From: an archaeon
Lineage (GTDB): Archaea; Nanobdellota; Nanobdellia; Pacearchaeales; GW2011-AR1
Direction of reading: 5' to 3'
Assembly (NCBI GenBank): GCA_018697295.1
Contig: JABHTJ010000004.1
Coordinates: forward strand, 1,159 to 65,158
Length of the DNA stretch: 64,000 nucleotides
Part shown: positions 36,842 to 44,969 of the stretch, one piece after another
How the letters are laid out: each line of letters starts with the position of its first letter
How positions within the stretch are numbered: position 1 is the first letter of the stretch
Made by a program: the position numbers and the translations under genes
The notes under the pieces: model-generated
What the model was told of the DNA's origin: nothing
Database searches by the model: none
Seen by the model: only the letters and a program-made list of their open reading frames with translations

Positions 36842-38167
36842 TTAAACTGTGATTCCGCTTACTCGATCACTAAAATCACTATAACCCCAATCATTAAATG
36901 CTTTTATTCGATAATAATATGTTCCAGGGGCTACATTGTCTTCAGAATAAATTGTTGTTGAAGGATTATTGATTGTTTCCATAATCCAAAATGGACCCAC
37001 TGAGTCAATAGCCTTTCTTACTTCATATCCTGTGGCCCCAGAAACTTGATTCCAGTTAACATCTATTTTTCCACTACTTGGAGAAGAAAGAATTACATTT
37101 TGTGGAGGCATTGGGGGAGATCCTTGCGGTCCAGTTCCTTGACCTACGATCCAATTACTACATTTACTTTGACCTAGTGGACCAATTGCTAGAATAGAAT
37201 AAACTATTTGTGAGGTTCCAGTTTGGATATCTTTAAACTCATCAACATCATTTAATATTTCTCTTAAATATCCCTTATCACAGGGAGCATGTTGTGTTGG
37301 TGGATTTTGTGAATTGTAGTATGTCTTAAAAATTGCATAGTTTACTGCTCCTTGAGATTTGTCCCATGTTAAATGAATGTAGGGCAAAGTATTGACTGAT
37401 GCTTGAAAATTTGATGGTGTTGCTGGTTTTTGATTTTTTTGTTCTTTTTTTGAATTATATCCATAGGTGATTGAGAGTTCTCCTCCGATTAAGGTTCTTA
37501 TTCCAATTGAAGTTCCCGAGGGTAGTAAGCTATCACTATACAATCCTGGGGTAAAGTAAGAAATTGTTTTTGTTTCGCTGGCAGAATTTTTAGTAAAATA
37601 GTTTAGATCTTCTTTGCTGGTTAATGTTATTGGTTTTGAAGGAAACTGTCTTGCTACATCTGAATAAAATGATTCCTCATTTCCGGATGATCCTGCATAA
37701 TCTGCTGTTCCGTCCGAGGGTCCCCAAACATTTGATTTTATGGAGGGGGGGTTAGAGGTTGTTCCGAAGAAATAAGGAGACTCATCTCCTTGATTTTTAA
37801 AAAACATTAATGAAGAAAGCGGATGCATACCATTAAATTCTCTTAATGATGCACTTCCTGAAACTACCTCCAAGCTTACAAAATGCTCTGCTCCGACTTG
37901 CAAATCTAACTGTACAAATTCTAAATCTCCTTTTCGAGGATTGAATAATGGGATTTCTGCATCAAAATAAGAATCGTGATCATAATAGGGTAGTTCGACG
38001 GTGTGAAATTCGAAATTGAGATTTTTTTGTGTAGTGGTCGGAGGAGCTTTTTGTAGTTGGTCTGTTGGGAAAAGAGAATTTAGTAAAATTAATGTAAGGG
38101 TTAACGTGACGAGAATTGTTGCGGTATGTTTGTAGAAATTGTTATTGCTAGTCACTTCTTTTTTCAT
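36842..38167 (-). CDS. Secreted protein with two C-terminal Fn3-like domains, paralog 2
   Basis: N-terminus MKKEVTSNNNFYKHTATILVTLTLTLILLNSLFP. HLTWDKSQGAVNYAIFKT and IDVNWNQVSGATGYEVRK...YYYRIKAFNDWG. Confidence 0.75.
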   Translation of the reverse strand: MKKEVTSNNNFYKHTATILVTLTLTLILLNSLFPTDQLQKAPPTTTQKNLNFEFHTVELPYYDHDSYFDAEIPLFNPRKGDLEFVQLDLQVGAEHFVSLEVVSGSASLREFNGMHPLSSLMFFKNQGDESPYFFGTTSNPPSIKSNVWGPSDGTADYAGSSGNEESFYSDVARQFPSKPITLTSKEDLNYFTKNSASETKTISYFTPGLYSDSLLPSGTSIGIRTLIGGELSITYGYNSKKEQKNQKPATPSNFQASVNTLPYIHLTWDKSQGAVNYAIFKTYYNSQNPPTQHAPCDKGYLREILNDVDEFKDIQTGTSQIVYSILAIGPLGQSKCSNWIVGQGTGPQGSPPMPPQNVILSSPSSGKIDVNWNQVSGATGYEVRKAIDSVGPFWIMETINNPSTTIYSEDNVAPGTYYYRIKAFNDWGYSDFSDRVSGITV

Positions 38168-38188
38168 AGATGTTTATGGTTGAAGAAA

Positions 38189-38196
38189 TATATAAA
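38189..38196 (-). promoter_or_regulatory. TATA box (TTTATATA on minus strand), centre about 25 nt upstream of ATG 38167
   Basis: Duplicate of the promoter block at 36812-36840. Confidence 0.6.
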
Positions 38197-38208
38197 TGTT
38201 TTTGATTT

Positions 38209-38904
38209 TTAATCTTGAGTGGAAGTAACTTTCATTCGGATTTCATCATTTCCAAATTCACCTAATAGATTGTTTAATGTGGCTCTGCTACTTGAGACAT
38301 AGTTATTCCCTGCACTATCTCCCACCAAGATACATCCTGCAGTATCTCTTGGATAATTTCCTGCATGAATTAAGATATCTGACCTTCCCTTGACATCAGC
38401 TACTTTAAAATGGGTTTTAAATTTAGGACTTTTACGTTTTGATACTTCATAAGTTCCTTCAGGGATTGAAGATATGTTTCGGTTGTTATTCTTCCAAGGA
38501 AGTTCAAGTGTATATGCTAGATGTGTGTCTGCATCGTCGATAATTCCATTTGAGTTTGAATCATGATATAAATTTCCTATTGTTGAAGAACTTGTGATTT
38601 TATTTCTCTCTAGTATCCAATTTGTTCCGGTGAATGGTTTTTCTACTTCACTCTCTAAAGATGTTTTTTGAGAATCTGTTATTTGTGGAATTTCTAATTC
38701 CCCTGTTCTTTGATCATTAGAATAATTTTGCGGGGCTGTAAATCTTTCTTGAGGAACACTTTCTTGGTAGGTTTCTGATACTTGTTCACTATATCCTTGG
38801 TCTCCAAAAACTCTTGAACATTGTTCATAAAGATGATTTCCTGCAAAGAGGATTCCTCCAGCTAAAGCGATTCTTGCAAGTCCTTTTGTTATTTTTGATG
38901 CCAT
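38209..38904 (-). CDS. Membrane-anchored protein with C-terminal His/Cys domain (L,D-transpeptidase-like or DUF5675-like; tentative)
   Basis: TM LARIALAGGILFAG. C-terminal motif DILIHAGNYPRDTAGCILVG (His...Gly-Cys) is reminiscent of YkuD-like cysteine enzymes. Assignment from memory of the motif only. Confidence 0.5.
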   Translation of the reverse strand: MASKITKGLARIALAGGILFAGNHLYEQCSRVFGDQGYSEQVSETYQESVPQERFTAPQNYSNDQRTGELEIPQITDSQKTSLESEVEKPFTGTNWILERNKITSSSTIGNLYHDSNSNGIIDDADTHLAYTLELPWKNNNRNISSIPEGTYEVSKRKSPKFKTHFKVADVKGRSDILIHAGNYPRDTAGCILVGDSAGNNYVSSSRATLNNLLGEFGNDEIRMKVTSTQD

Positions 38905-38905
38905 A

Positions 38906-39121
38906 TTAGTTATTTCTTTGGGAATATTTGTTTTCTTGATTATTTCTTGTTGAATTGTCTTCGTAAAGTTGCCTTGTATCTTGAATCATACTTTTTTCAT
39001 AAAGTTCTTCAGATTTTGCTCGATTATCTTCAGATTTTTCAATTTGATCGCAAGTATAAAATGCTCCTCCAATTACTGAAGCTGTAATGCAACTGAGGAC
39101 AATCTTTCTCAATTTTCCCAT
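38906..39121 (-). CDS. Small membrane-anchored protein
   Basis: 71 aa. TM IVLSCITASVIGGAFY followed by a polar tail. 1-nt gap to the downstream gene. Confidence 0.5.
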   Translation of the reverse strand: MGKLRKIVLSCITASVIGGAFYTCDQIEKSEDNRAKSEELYEKSMIQDTRQLYEDNSTRNNQENKYSQRNN

Positions 39122-39194
39122 AACTTGCTTAATTGATTTTAGTTTATAAGGTTTTCTATTTTGTTGTTATTTAGAAGTGACAAATAGATTAGAA

Positions 39195-40409
39195 TTAATG
39201 CCAGAGTTCATCATCTTTTGGTTCTTTTGTGCTTTCGGGAGTTTCTCTTATTTTGTTTAAACCTTCCTGTGCTTTTTTTGCAATTTCTGTTGGGACTTCA
39301 GCACTCATTTTCATTTCAGTATTTTGCTCAATTGGAGGATACTGGTTGGGAGTTGGACCAGAGCTAGGACGCAATAAATCAGGAGATTCTTTTTTTAGAA
39401 TTGGCTCGCTACTCACAATTGTTTGATTCATTTTAGGTTCGTTGAATGTTTGGTTTTGTACTGGTGTTTCGTATACTTCTTGTTTTGTCGCAGGATCTTC
39501 TGGAGGGATTGAATGTTGGATTTGTTCAATTGTTTTATGTTCTGGAACTATTTGTTCCGGGACTTCGGGGATTGGGGAATTTTTCTTTGGAAGTTTTAAT
39601 GCAGCTGGTTTAATTTCTGGTTTAATTTCGTGATCGATTGGTTCTAAGAGTTTTTCGGGTGCAAGAGTATGTGGTTCTTCTACTTCTACTTCTTCCATCT
39701 CCGGACCTTCATGGAAAACTTGAATCCCATTTTCTTCAATTTGCATTCCTACCGCTTCTCTTAAATGGGCCGTTCTTCTCATTTTCAGAATTTTGACTGC
39801 CCTATCTCCGACACCAGTTATTCCAGATTCATAAAACAATGTTACGGAATCTGATAAGAAACGTAAGATGTCTGTTTTTGTCCATTCTCCCTGAGCTATT
39901 CGTTCGATTCCTTCCCCTTCCATGCTCTCATCTGCAAATACTGTTGTTACCTTGAATCGTTTCATAAGAGAAGAAATTTCGAAAATTTTCTCCCTCATTT
40001 TTCCAGGATCTTTCATATTAAGCGCCAGAACCGAAATTGGATCGAAACATACTCTTCGAATATTAAATCTTGAAACAATTTTGACGATTTCAGATTTTAA
40101 GTCATCAATAGAAGTTTGTGGAGAAAACCTCATAAATTTTATTCTTCCCTCACCACTTATCTTCGTGAAGTCCCATCCGAATGCCATTGCATCATTTATG
40201 GTATCTACGATGTCTGGTTCAAAAGAAATATAGAGTCCATTTTCGTTATACATTGTGGCGCCGTTCCAAAGAAATTGCAATAGGAATGTTGACTTTCCGC
40301 TTCCGGGTCCACCGACGATTAAGTTGTCAGAATTTCTTACGAATCCCCCATGACAAATCTTATCAAAGCCTTTCACCCCTGTTGGACATCTATCCATCAC
40401 ACCTTCCAT
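39195..40409 (-). CDS. KaiC/RecA-superfamily ATPase with about 170-aa Pro/Glu/Gln-rich C-terminal tail
   Basis: CPTGVKGFDKICHGGFVRNSDNLIVGGPGSGKSTFLLQFLWNG (KaiC-like N-terminus and Walker A). Walker B-like VTTVFADES. Trimmed to the first ATG. Confidence 0.75.
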   Translation of the reverse strand: MEGVMDRCPTGVKGFDKICHGGFVRNSDNLIVGGPGSGKSTFLLQFLWNGATMYNENGLYISFEPDIVDTINDAMAFGWDFTKISGEGRIKFMRFSPQTSIDDLKSEIVKIVSRFNIRRVCFDPISVLALNMKDPGKMREKIFEISSLMKRFKVTTVFADESMEGEGIERIAQGEWTKTDILRFLSDSVTLFYESGITGVGDRAVKILKMRRTAHLREAVGMQIEENGIQVFHEGPEMEEVEVEEPHTLAPEKLLEPIDHEIKPEIKPAALKLPKKNSPIPEVPEQIVPEHKTIEQIQHSIPPEDPATKQEVYETPVQNQTFNEPKMNQTIVSSEPILKKESPDLLRPSSGPTPNQYPPIEQNTEMKMSAEVPTEIAKKAQEGLNKIRETPESTKEPKDDELWH

Positions 40410-40431
40410 TAAAATAGTCAAAGTCTAAATC

Positions 40432-40439
40432 TTTATAAA
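40432..40439. promoter_or_regulatory. Perfectly palindromic TATA box TTTATAAA centred between two divergent genes
   Basis: Centre is 26.5 nt from ATG 40409 (minus) and 25.5 nt from ATG 40461 (plus). Confidence 0.55.
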
Positions 40440-40460
40440 TTCTTTTATTTTGGAAGAGAT

Positions 40461-42164
40461 ATGAAAACATTGAATTTGCATTGCGATTATATTCGATTTA
40501 CTGCACTCAAAAAAGCTCTTCGAAATATTGAGGAAATTGCCCCTGGTCAAACGATGGAAGGCGAATCAAAAGATTGTTTGGTGGTAATGGTTGCTGTTGA
40601 GAAAGGAGACTCTTTAGGAGTTGCTAGAGATTTGATGACTTCGATAACCGAAATTGCTTCTCAAGTACAAACTAAAAATATTGTTTTGTATCCTTATGCA
40701 CACTTGTCAAGTAATCTTGGAAAACCTAGCTTGGCGATTGAAATTTTGGATGGAACAGCGAAGAAGCTTAAGGATTTTGAAGTTGTTCAGGCTCCTTTTG
40801 GTTACTATAAGAGTTTTGAGCTCAAAGTTAAAGGCCACCCATTATCTGAATTATCAAGAGAGATTGGTAATGAAATTATTTCAGGTAACGAAGAAGAAAT
40901 AACTGAAGAAGATAGAAAACAACTCCTCAGAGAAGTTTCTCGAGCAAAACTTGACACGTCTAAACTAAAAGAAAATGATCACCGAATCATTGGTTCAAAA
41001 CTTGATTTATGGAGTTTTAACAACGTTGCCCCAGGAATGGTTTTTTGGCACCCAAAAGGTCTTCACATAAAAAATAAGCTTATTGAATTTTGGAGAGAAC
41101 TCCACCGACGAGAAAATTATTCGGAAATTTCTACACCCCAAATACTTGATAAAAAACTTTGGGAAATTTCGGGACATTGGACAAAATATGGTGATAGTAA
41201 CTTTAAGACTCAATATGAAAAACGAGATTTTTTAGTAAAGCCGATGAATTGTCCTGGGGGAATGATTATTTACAAAACTTCTCCTAAATCATATAAAAAT
41301 TTTCCATTACGAGTTGGTGAGATGGGAACTGTTCATCGAGTTGAACTCTCAGGAGTTCTCGCAGGACTTTTTAGAGTTATTCAATTTACCCAAGATGATG
41401 CACATATTTTTTGTACTGAAAAACAATTAGAAGAAGAAGTTGGAAAAGTTATTGATTTAACAATCGAGATTTTTGAAACATTTGGCTTGAAGTTTGATCA
41501 CGTTGAACTCTCGACTCGGCCAGAAAAAAGGATTGGTGAAGATTCTTTTTGGAATTTTGCTGAAAAAGCACTTGAGAATATTTTGAAAAAACGAAAGATG
41601 AAATTTGTTTTGAATAAGGGAGACGGTGCATTTTATGGACCGAAGATTGATTTTCATGTGATGGATTCATTGAAGCGAACATGGCAATGCTCTACAATTC
41701 AACTTGATATGGCACTTCCTGAACGTTTTGATTTGGTATACCAAGCAGAAGATGGAAAAGAAAAGAGACCGATTATGCTTCATCGTGCGATCTATGGTTC
41801 TCTTGAGCGGTTTCTAGGAATTGTAACTGAACATCTCGACGGAAAATATCCTCTTTGGCTTTCGCCGAATCAAATTAAAGTTATGACACTTAATGACGAT
41901 GTGAAAGATTATGCTCAAGAAGTTTATCAGAAATTATTTGATGCGGGATTTGAAGTTGAACTTAACGATAAAAGTGAATCAATGGGAAAGAAAGCTCGAG
42001 AAGCACAAGTCCAACGATTTAATTACTTAGTAACGGTTGGTGAATCCGAAAAGAAAGACTGCATGATTGCAGTGAGGAATAGAAACTCTAAAGAAATTGA
42101 ACAAATGAATATTGGTGATTTCGTGACGCAACTAAAGAAAGAGATTAATGAAAGGACCCTATGA
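40461..42164 (+). CDS. thrS: Threonyl-tRNA synthetase, archaeal type with N-terminal editing domain
   Basis: Archaeal editing-domain N-terminus MKTLNLHCDYIRF. Class II core FWHPKG, MNCPGG, FRVIQFTQDDAHIF, GAFYGPKIDF. C-terminal anticodon-binding domain. Confidence 0.95.
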   Translation: MKTLNLHCDYIRFTALKKALRNIEEIAPGQTMEGESKDCLVVMVAVEKGDSLGVARDLMTSITEIASQVQTKNIVLYPYAHLSSNLGKPSLAIEILDGTAKKLKDFEVVQAPFGYYKSFELKVKGHPLSELSREIGNEIISGNEEEITEEDRKQLLREVSRAKLDTSKLKENDHRIIGSKLDLWSFNNVAPGMVFWHPKGLHIKNKLIEFWRELHRRENYSEISTPQILDKKLWEISGHWTKYGDSNFKTQYEKRDFLVKPMNCPGGMIIYKTSPKSYKNFPLRVGEMGTVHRVELSGVLAGLFRVIQFTQDDAHIFCTEKQLEEEVGKVIDLTIEIFETFGLKFDHVELSTRPEKRIGEDSFWNFAEKALENILKKRKMKFVLNKGDGAFYGPKIDFHVMDSLKRTWQCSTIQLDMALPERFDLVYQAEDGKEKRPIMLHRAIYGSLERFLGIVTEHLDGKYPLWLSPNQIKVMTLNDDVKDYAQEVYQKLFDAGFEVELNDKSESMGKKAREAQVQRFNYLVTVGESEKKDCMIAVRNRNSKEIEQMNIGDFVTQLKKEINERTL

Positions 42165-42697
42165 AAATTTCTAGTTTGGTAACTGAGTTAGGAGAGACCT
42201 CCACGCACCAAGACTTTAAGCGAGAGAATCCAAAAAGTTATTTTGGTGCAGGATTTTTTATTTTTGATTTAGCTGAGAAAACTGAAAAATTGCAGCTAGA
42301 CTATTTTTTAATTGAAGAAGAAGAAATTGTGTCATTTGAATTTTTGGAAAGTGACGAAGTTAGTTCTTGGCAAATGAAAAAACACGATGAAAAAATTGCC
42401 ATTATGAAAGAACAAGTTATAGAAGTGAAAATTGATATTGATGATTTAGAAGAAGCAGTTCATGGAGCCTTTCGTGAAAAGAATATTTTAATGAAGCCAA
42501 ACAAACTGATTGCGATCCTCAAAGAAAATATTTGGAATGTGACAGTGATGGATGCAATGCTTGGAATTGCCCGAGTTAAAATTGATTGTCAGAGTGGAGA
42601 AGTCTTAGAATGTGGAAAGGAAAGTTTGATGGATTTTGCTCGCGTTAAAGGTGGAGACTTAGGTAAAAAATATGATGCTGTTAAGAAAAATATTTAA
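42161..42697 (+). CDS. Hypothetical protein translationally coupled to thrS
   Basis: 178 aa; ATGA overlap with the thrS stop. No recognised domain. Confidence 0.55.
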   Translation: MKISSLVTELGETSTHQDFKRENPKSYFGAGFFIFDLAEKTEKLQLDYFLIEEEEIVSFEFLESDEVSSWQMKKHDEKIAIMKEQVIEVKIDIDDLEEAVHGAFREKNILMKPNKLIAILKENIWNVTVMDAMLGIARVKIDCQSGEVLECGKESLMDFARVKGGDLGKKYDAVKKNI

Positions 42698-43308
42698 TTT
42701 TTTGTTAAAATCATCGTGATATTTTTGTCTTCTTTACATTCAACAATTTTAAACCCAATACCTTTTACTAAATCTTCTAATTCTTTTTTGTCATAAATAT
42801 ATGTATACCGTTTTATTTTTTTGTTATTGATTGTCCAAGGGATTGTTGTTTCTTTATCTTTATTTTTGAGTCGAGAAGAATTTTTTGTCCAAACTGAAAG
42901 GATGACTTTTCCTTTTGACTTTAGTGTTCGGTAAATTTCTTGCAATGTTTTTTCTCTCGATTTTTTTGAATCTACACAATGAAGAACGGCATAACAAATG
43001 ATTGCGTCAAAGAAATTGTCGTCGAAAAGAAGATTTTCTGAAATTGTTTGTTTAAATTCAGCATCGATTTTGAGCAATTTTGCCTTTTTCCTTGCTAATT
43101 TTAACATTTCATTTGAAAAATCAGTAGCATAAAGTTTTGTGTTTGATAATTTCTGAAAATTTCTTCCAGAACCGCAACCAATGTCGAGAATGTTTTTTTT
43201 TATTTTTTTTGGAAGTGAGTCATAGAATTGCAGAATTTCTTGAGGAGTTTTTGTTCGGTGAAGATTCCACAATGGTGCTATCGTATTCCAAGTATTTTGT
43301 TGGTTCAT
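42694..43308 (-). CDS. Class I SAM-dependent methyltransferase
   Basis: Motif I ILDIGCGSGRN. Post-I and motif II-like FDAIICYAVLHC. Confidence 0.85.
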   Translation of the reverse strand: MNQQNTWNTIAPLWNLHRTKTPQEILQFYDSLPKKIKKNILDIGCGSGRNFQKLSNTKLYATDFSNEMLKLARKKAKLLKIDAEFKQTISENLLFDDNFFDAIICYAVLHCVDSKKSREKTLQEIYRTLKSKGKVILSVWTKNSSRLKNKDKETTIPWTINNKKIKRYTYIYDKKELEDLVKGIGFKIVECKEDKNITMILTKN

Positions 43309-43484
43309 AAATGTATTTCGAATTGATATATTAAATAAGTTTGTAAATTAATTTATAGGCATGCAGTATCATCTGAAACTTTTTTCCAACTACCTTCAAA
43401 TCCAGTGCAGTAACAAACTTTTTGTAAGTCTGAAGCATATGCTATTGCCCCTGTTTTAGATGCATCACATACTGGGGGGGCGAA

Positions 43485-43901
43485 TTATGCGATTCCCGCA
43501 AGTCTTAGTGGCGTCGATACCCAGACGGATCCTTGTGCATTACCCTCATAAAATTTTATTTCATTTTGGAAGGGATTAAAAAAATCCCCATTATCTATTC
43601 CAAAACGTAACTCTGAGATTCCTCCAAAAATCGGGGAAACCATATATCCATAACCACTTCCCATTCCCGAAGAAGTAAATTTTAGTTTGCTTAAGGGTTC
43701 AACATTTATTGTAACTGCATTATTAAAAACTGCCTCTCCCTCAATTCCTCCGCTTAAATCTAATTCTCCTGCATCGTGTCCGAATGTAGTGGGGTTGCTT
43801 CCTCCAAAAGCAATTACTCCGAAAGCCCCTGCGATAGCTCCAATAAAAAGTGCTAAAAATACTGCCTCTTTTTTTCCAACATTAATATTTATGTTCACCA
43901 T
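43485..43901 (-). CDS. Seventh member of the GH[DS]GxEI small secreted family; in-frame TAA, Cys-rich tail continues to 43356
   Basis: VFLALFIGAIAGAFGVIAFGGSNPTTFGHDAGELDL matches the family N-terminus. After TAA (43485-43487) the frame continues FAPPVCDASKTGAIAYASDLQKVCYCTGFEGSWKKVSDDTACL* to the stop at 43353-43355. Confidence 0.65.
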   Translation of the reverse strand: MVNININVGKKEAVFLALFIGAIAGAFGVIAFGGSNPTTFGHDAGELDLSGGIEGEAVFNNAVTINVEPLSKLKFTSSGMGSGYGYMVSPIFGGISELRFGIDNGDFFNPFQNEIKFYEGNAQGSVWVSTPLRLAGIA

Positions 43902-43954
43902 CTATTACCTTGCTGTTTCATGTCGATTATATATTTTACTATTATTCAGAAAAA

Positions 43955-43962
43955 TTTATAAG
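43955..43962 (+). promoter_or_regulatory. TATA box (tttataag), centre about 26 nt upstream of ATG 43984 (triad 1)
   Basis: Motif and spacing match other promoters in the window. Confidence 0.55.
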
Positions 43963-43983
43963 TGAGTTAATCCCTCAGAGTTC

Positions 43984-44481
43984 ATGAAAGAGAGTTTGAA
44001 ATTAAAAGTTAGTGTTACTAAAAAGAATTTTTTTATTTCTCTTGCAGCATTATTTATTCTTACTAGTAGCTTTATTGTTTTTGCTTTTGATACCAATGAT
44101 CCTACTATTTTTGGTCACGATGGTGAGCAAGTCGAGATTGATTTAGGTGAGGGTCTTGTGTCATTGGATTATGCCTTAAATTCTCATACTCCAGGTAGTC
44201 TTGATTGTTATATTGCTGAGCAGTGTTTTGTTGAAAATTACGATCCTGGTAATGGTATTTATTGTACTGATATTGATGATGATTACACTGCTAGTTTAGA
44301 GTGTAATCCAGGTTATACTATGATGGGTGGTTCGTGTATTGATTGGATTCATAACGTGTATAATGAGTTAAATCATGAGTGGCAAAGTATCGGTGATAAT
44401 GCTTATGTTTGTAGTTCTTTTAAGGAAGTCGAGTGGTATGATGACAGGTATTTTACTATTTATGGGGTTTGTTGTAAATAG
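43984..44481 (+). CDS. Cassette 1 subunit A: small secreted Cys-rich protein, GH[DS]GxEI family
   Basis: Basic N-terminus, hydrophobic helix FFISLAALFILTSSFIVFA, then FDTNDPTIFGHDGEQVEI. Several Cys, ending VCCK. Position-equivalent homolog of 48140-48640. Confidence 0.8.
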   Translation: MKESLKLKVSVTKKNFFISLAALFILTSSFIVFAFDTNDPTIFGHDGEQVEIDLGEGLVSLDYALNSHTPGSLDCYIAEQCFVENYDPGNGIYCTDIDDDYTASLECNPGYTMMGGSCIDWIHNVYNELNHEWQSIGDNAYVCSSFKEVEWYDDRYFTIYGVCCK

Positions 44482-44482
44482 T

Positions 44483-44968
44483 ATGGTAAAAAAAATTCGT
44501 ATTAGTGGGTTAAGTATTTTTTTAATTTTAATTTTTACTTTTATTATATTTAGTTTTAGTGGGATTCGAGCGTATGGTGGGGATAATCCTTTATTAGGTG
44601 GTCATTCTGGTGATGAGATTCTAGTCACTGTTGGTGGTGTTTCTCAAACACTTAATGAAGCTCTGGATTCTATCGAGGAGGATGGTCGCATGCATTGTGT
44701 GGAGGTTACTGATTCTTCTCATTCTTCTGGCTGGCCTGGCACTACAGGTCCTAATCCTTTAATTTCTGATTGTGGAGCTGTTCTGGAGGCTGAAGGATAT
44801 CGAGTTGTTGCTGGTGCTTGTAGAGATCTTAATTTAGCGAATGGCGCTGGTGACCCTAAGTGGGATAAGCCCATTCTGGATACTGACGGAAGAATTAAGT
44901 GGCAGTGTTTAGGATACAACTGGGACGGTGAACATTATATAATAAATAGTTTGACTTGTTGCAAATAG
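44483..44968 (+). CDS. Cassette 1 subunit B: small secreted Cys-rich protein, same family
   Basis: Trimmed to the ATG 1 nt after the A1 stop (MVKKIRISGLSIFLILIF...). YGGDNPLLGGHSGDEILV; ends TCCK. Homolog of 48642-49172. Confidence 0.8.
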   Translation: MVKKIRISGLSIFLILIFTFIIFSFSGIRAYGGDNPLLGGHSGDEILVTVGGVSQTLNEALDSIEEDGRMHCVEVTDSSHSSGWPGTTGPNPLISDCGAVLEAEGYRVVAGACRDLNLANGAGDPKWDKPILDTDGRIKWQCLGYNWDGEHYIINSLTCCK

Positions 44969-44969
44969 C

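Noticed and set aside
32678-38167. Repeated near-identical about 55-100-nt blocks (pilin and Fn3 gene 5' ends) as a possible CRISPR or other repeat array
   Set aside because: Only two copies of each exist, they are coding N-termini of paralogous genes, and they lack regular spacing. No CRISPR-like array occurs anywhere in the window.
44375-44482. Upstream extensions of the listed ORFs for B1 (44375), B2 (48621) and C2 (49097), overlapping the preceding genes
   Set aside because: The extensions are out-of-frame read-through of the preceding gene's 3' end. Homologous N-termini (MVKKIRISG/MFKKIKISG, MDFEFE/MMFEFD) begin at the ATG 1 nt after, or overlapping, the upstream stop.
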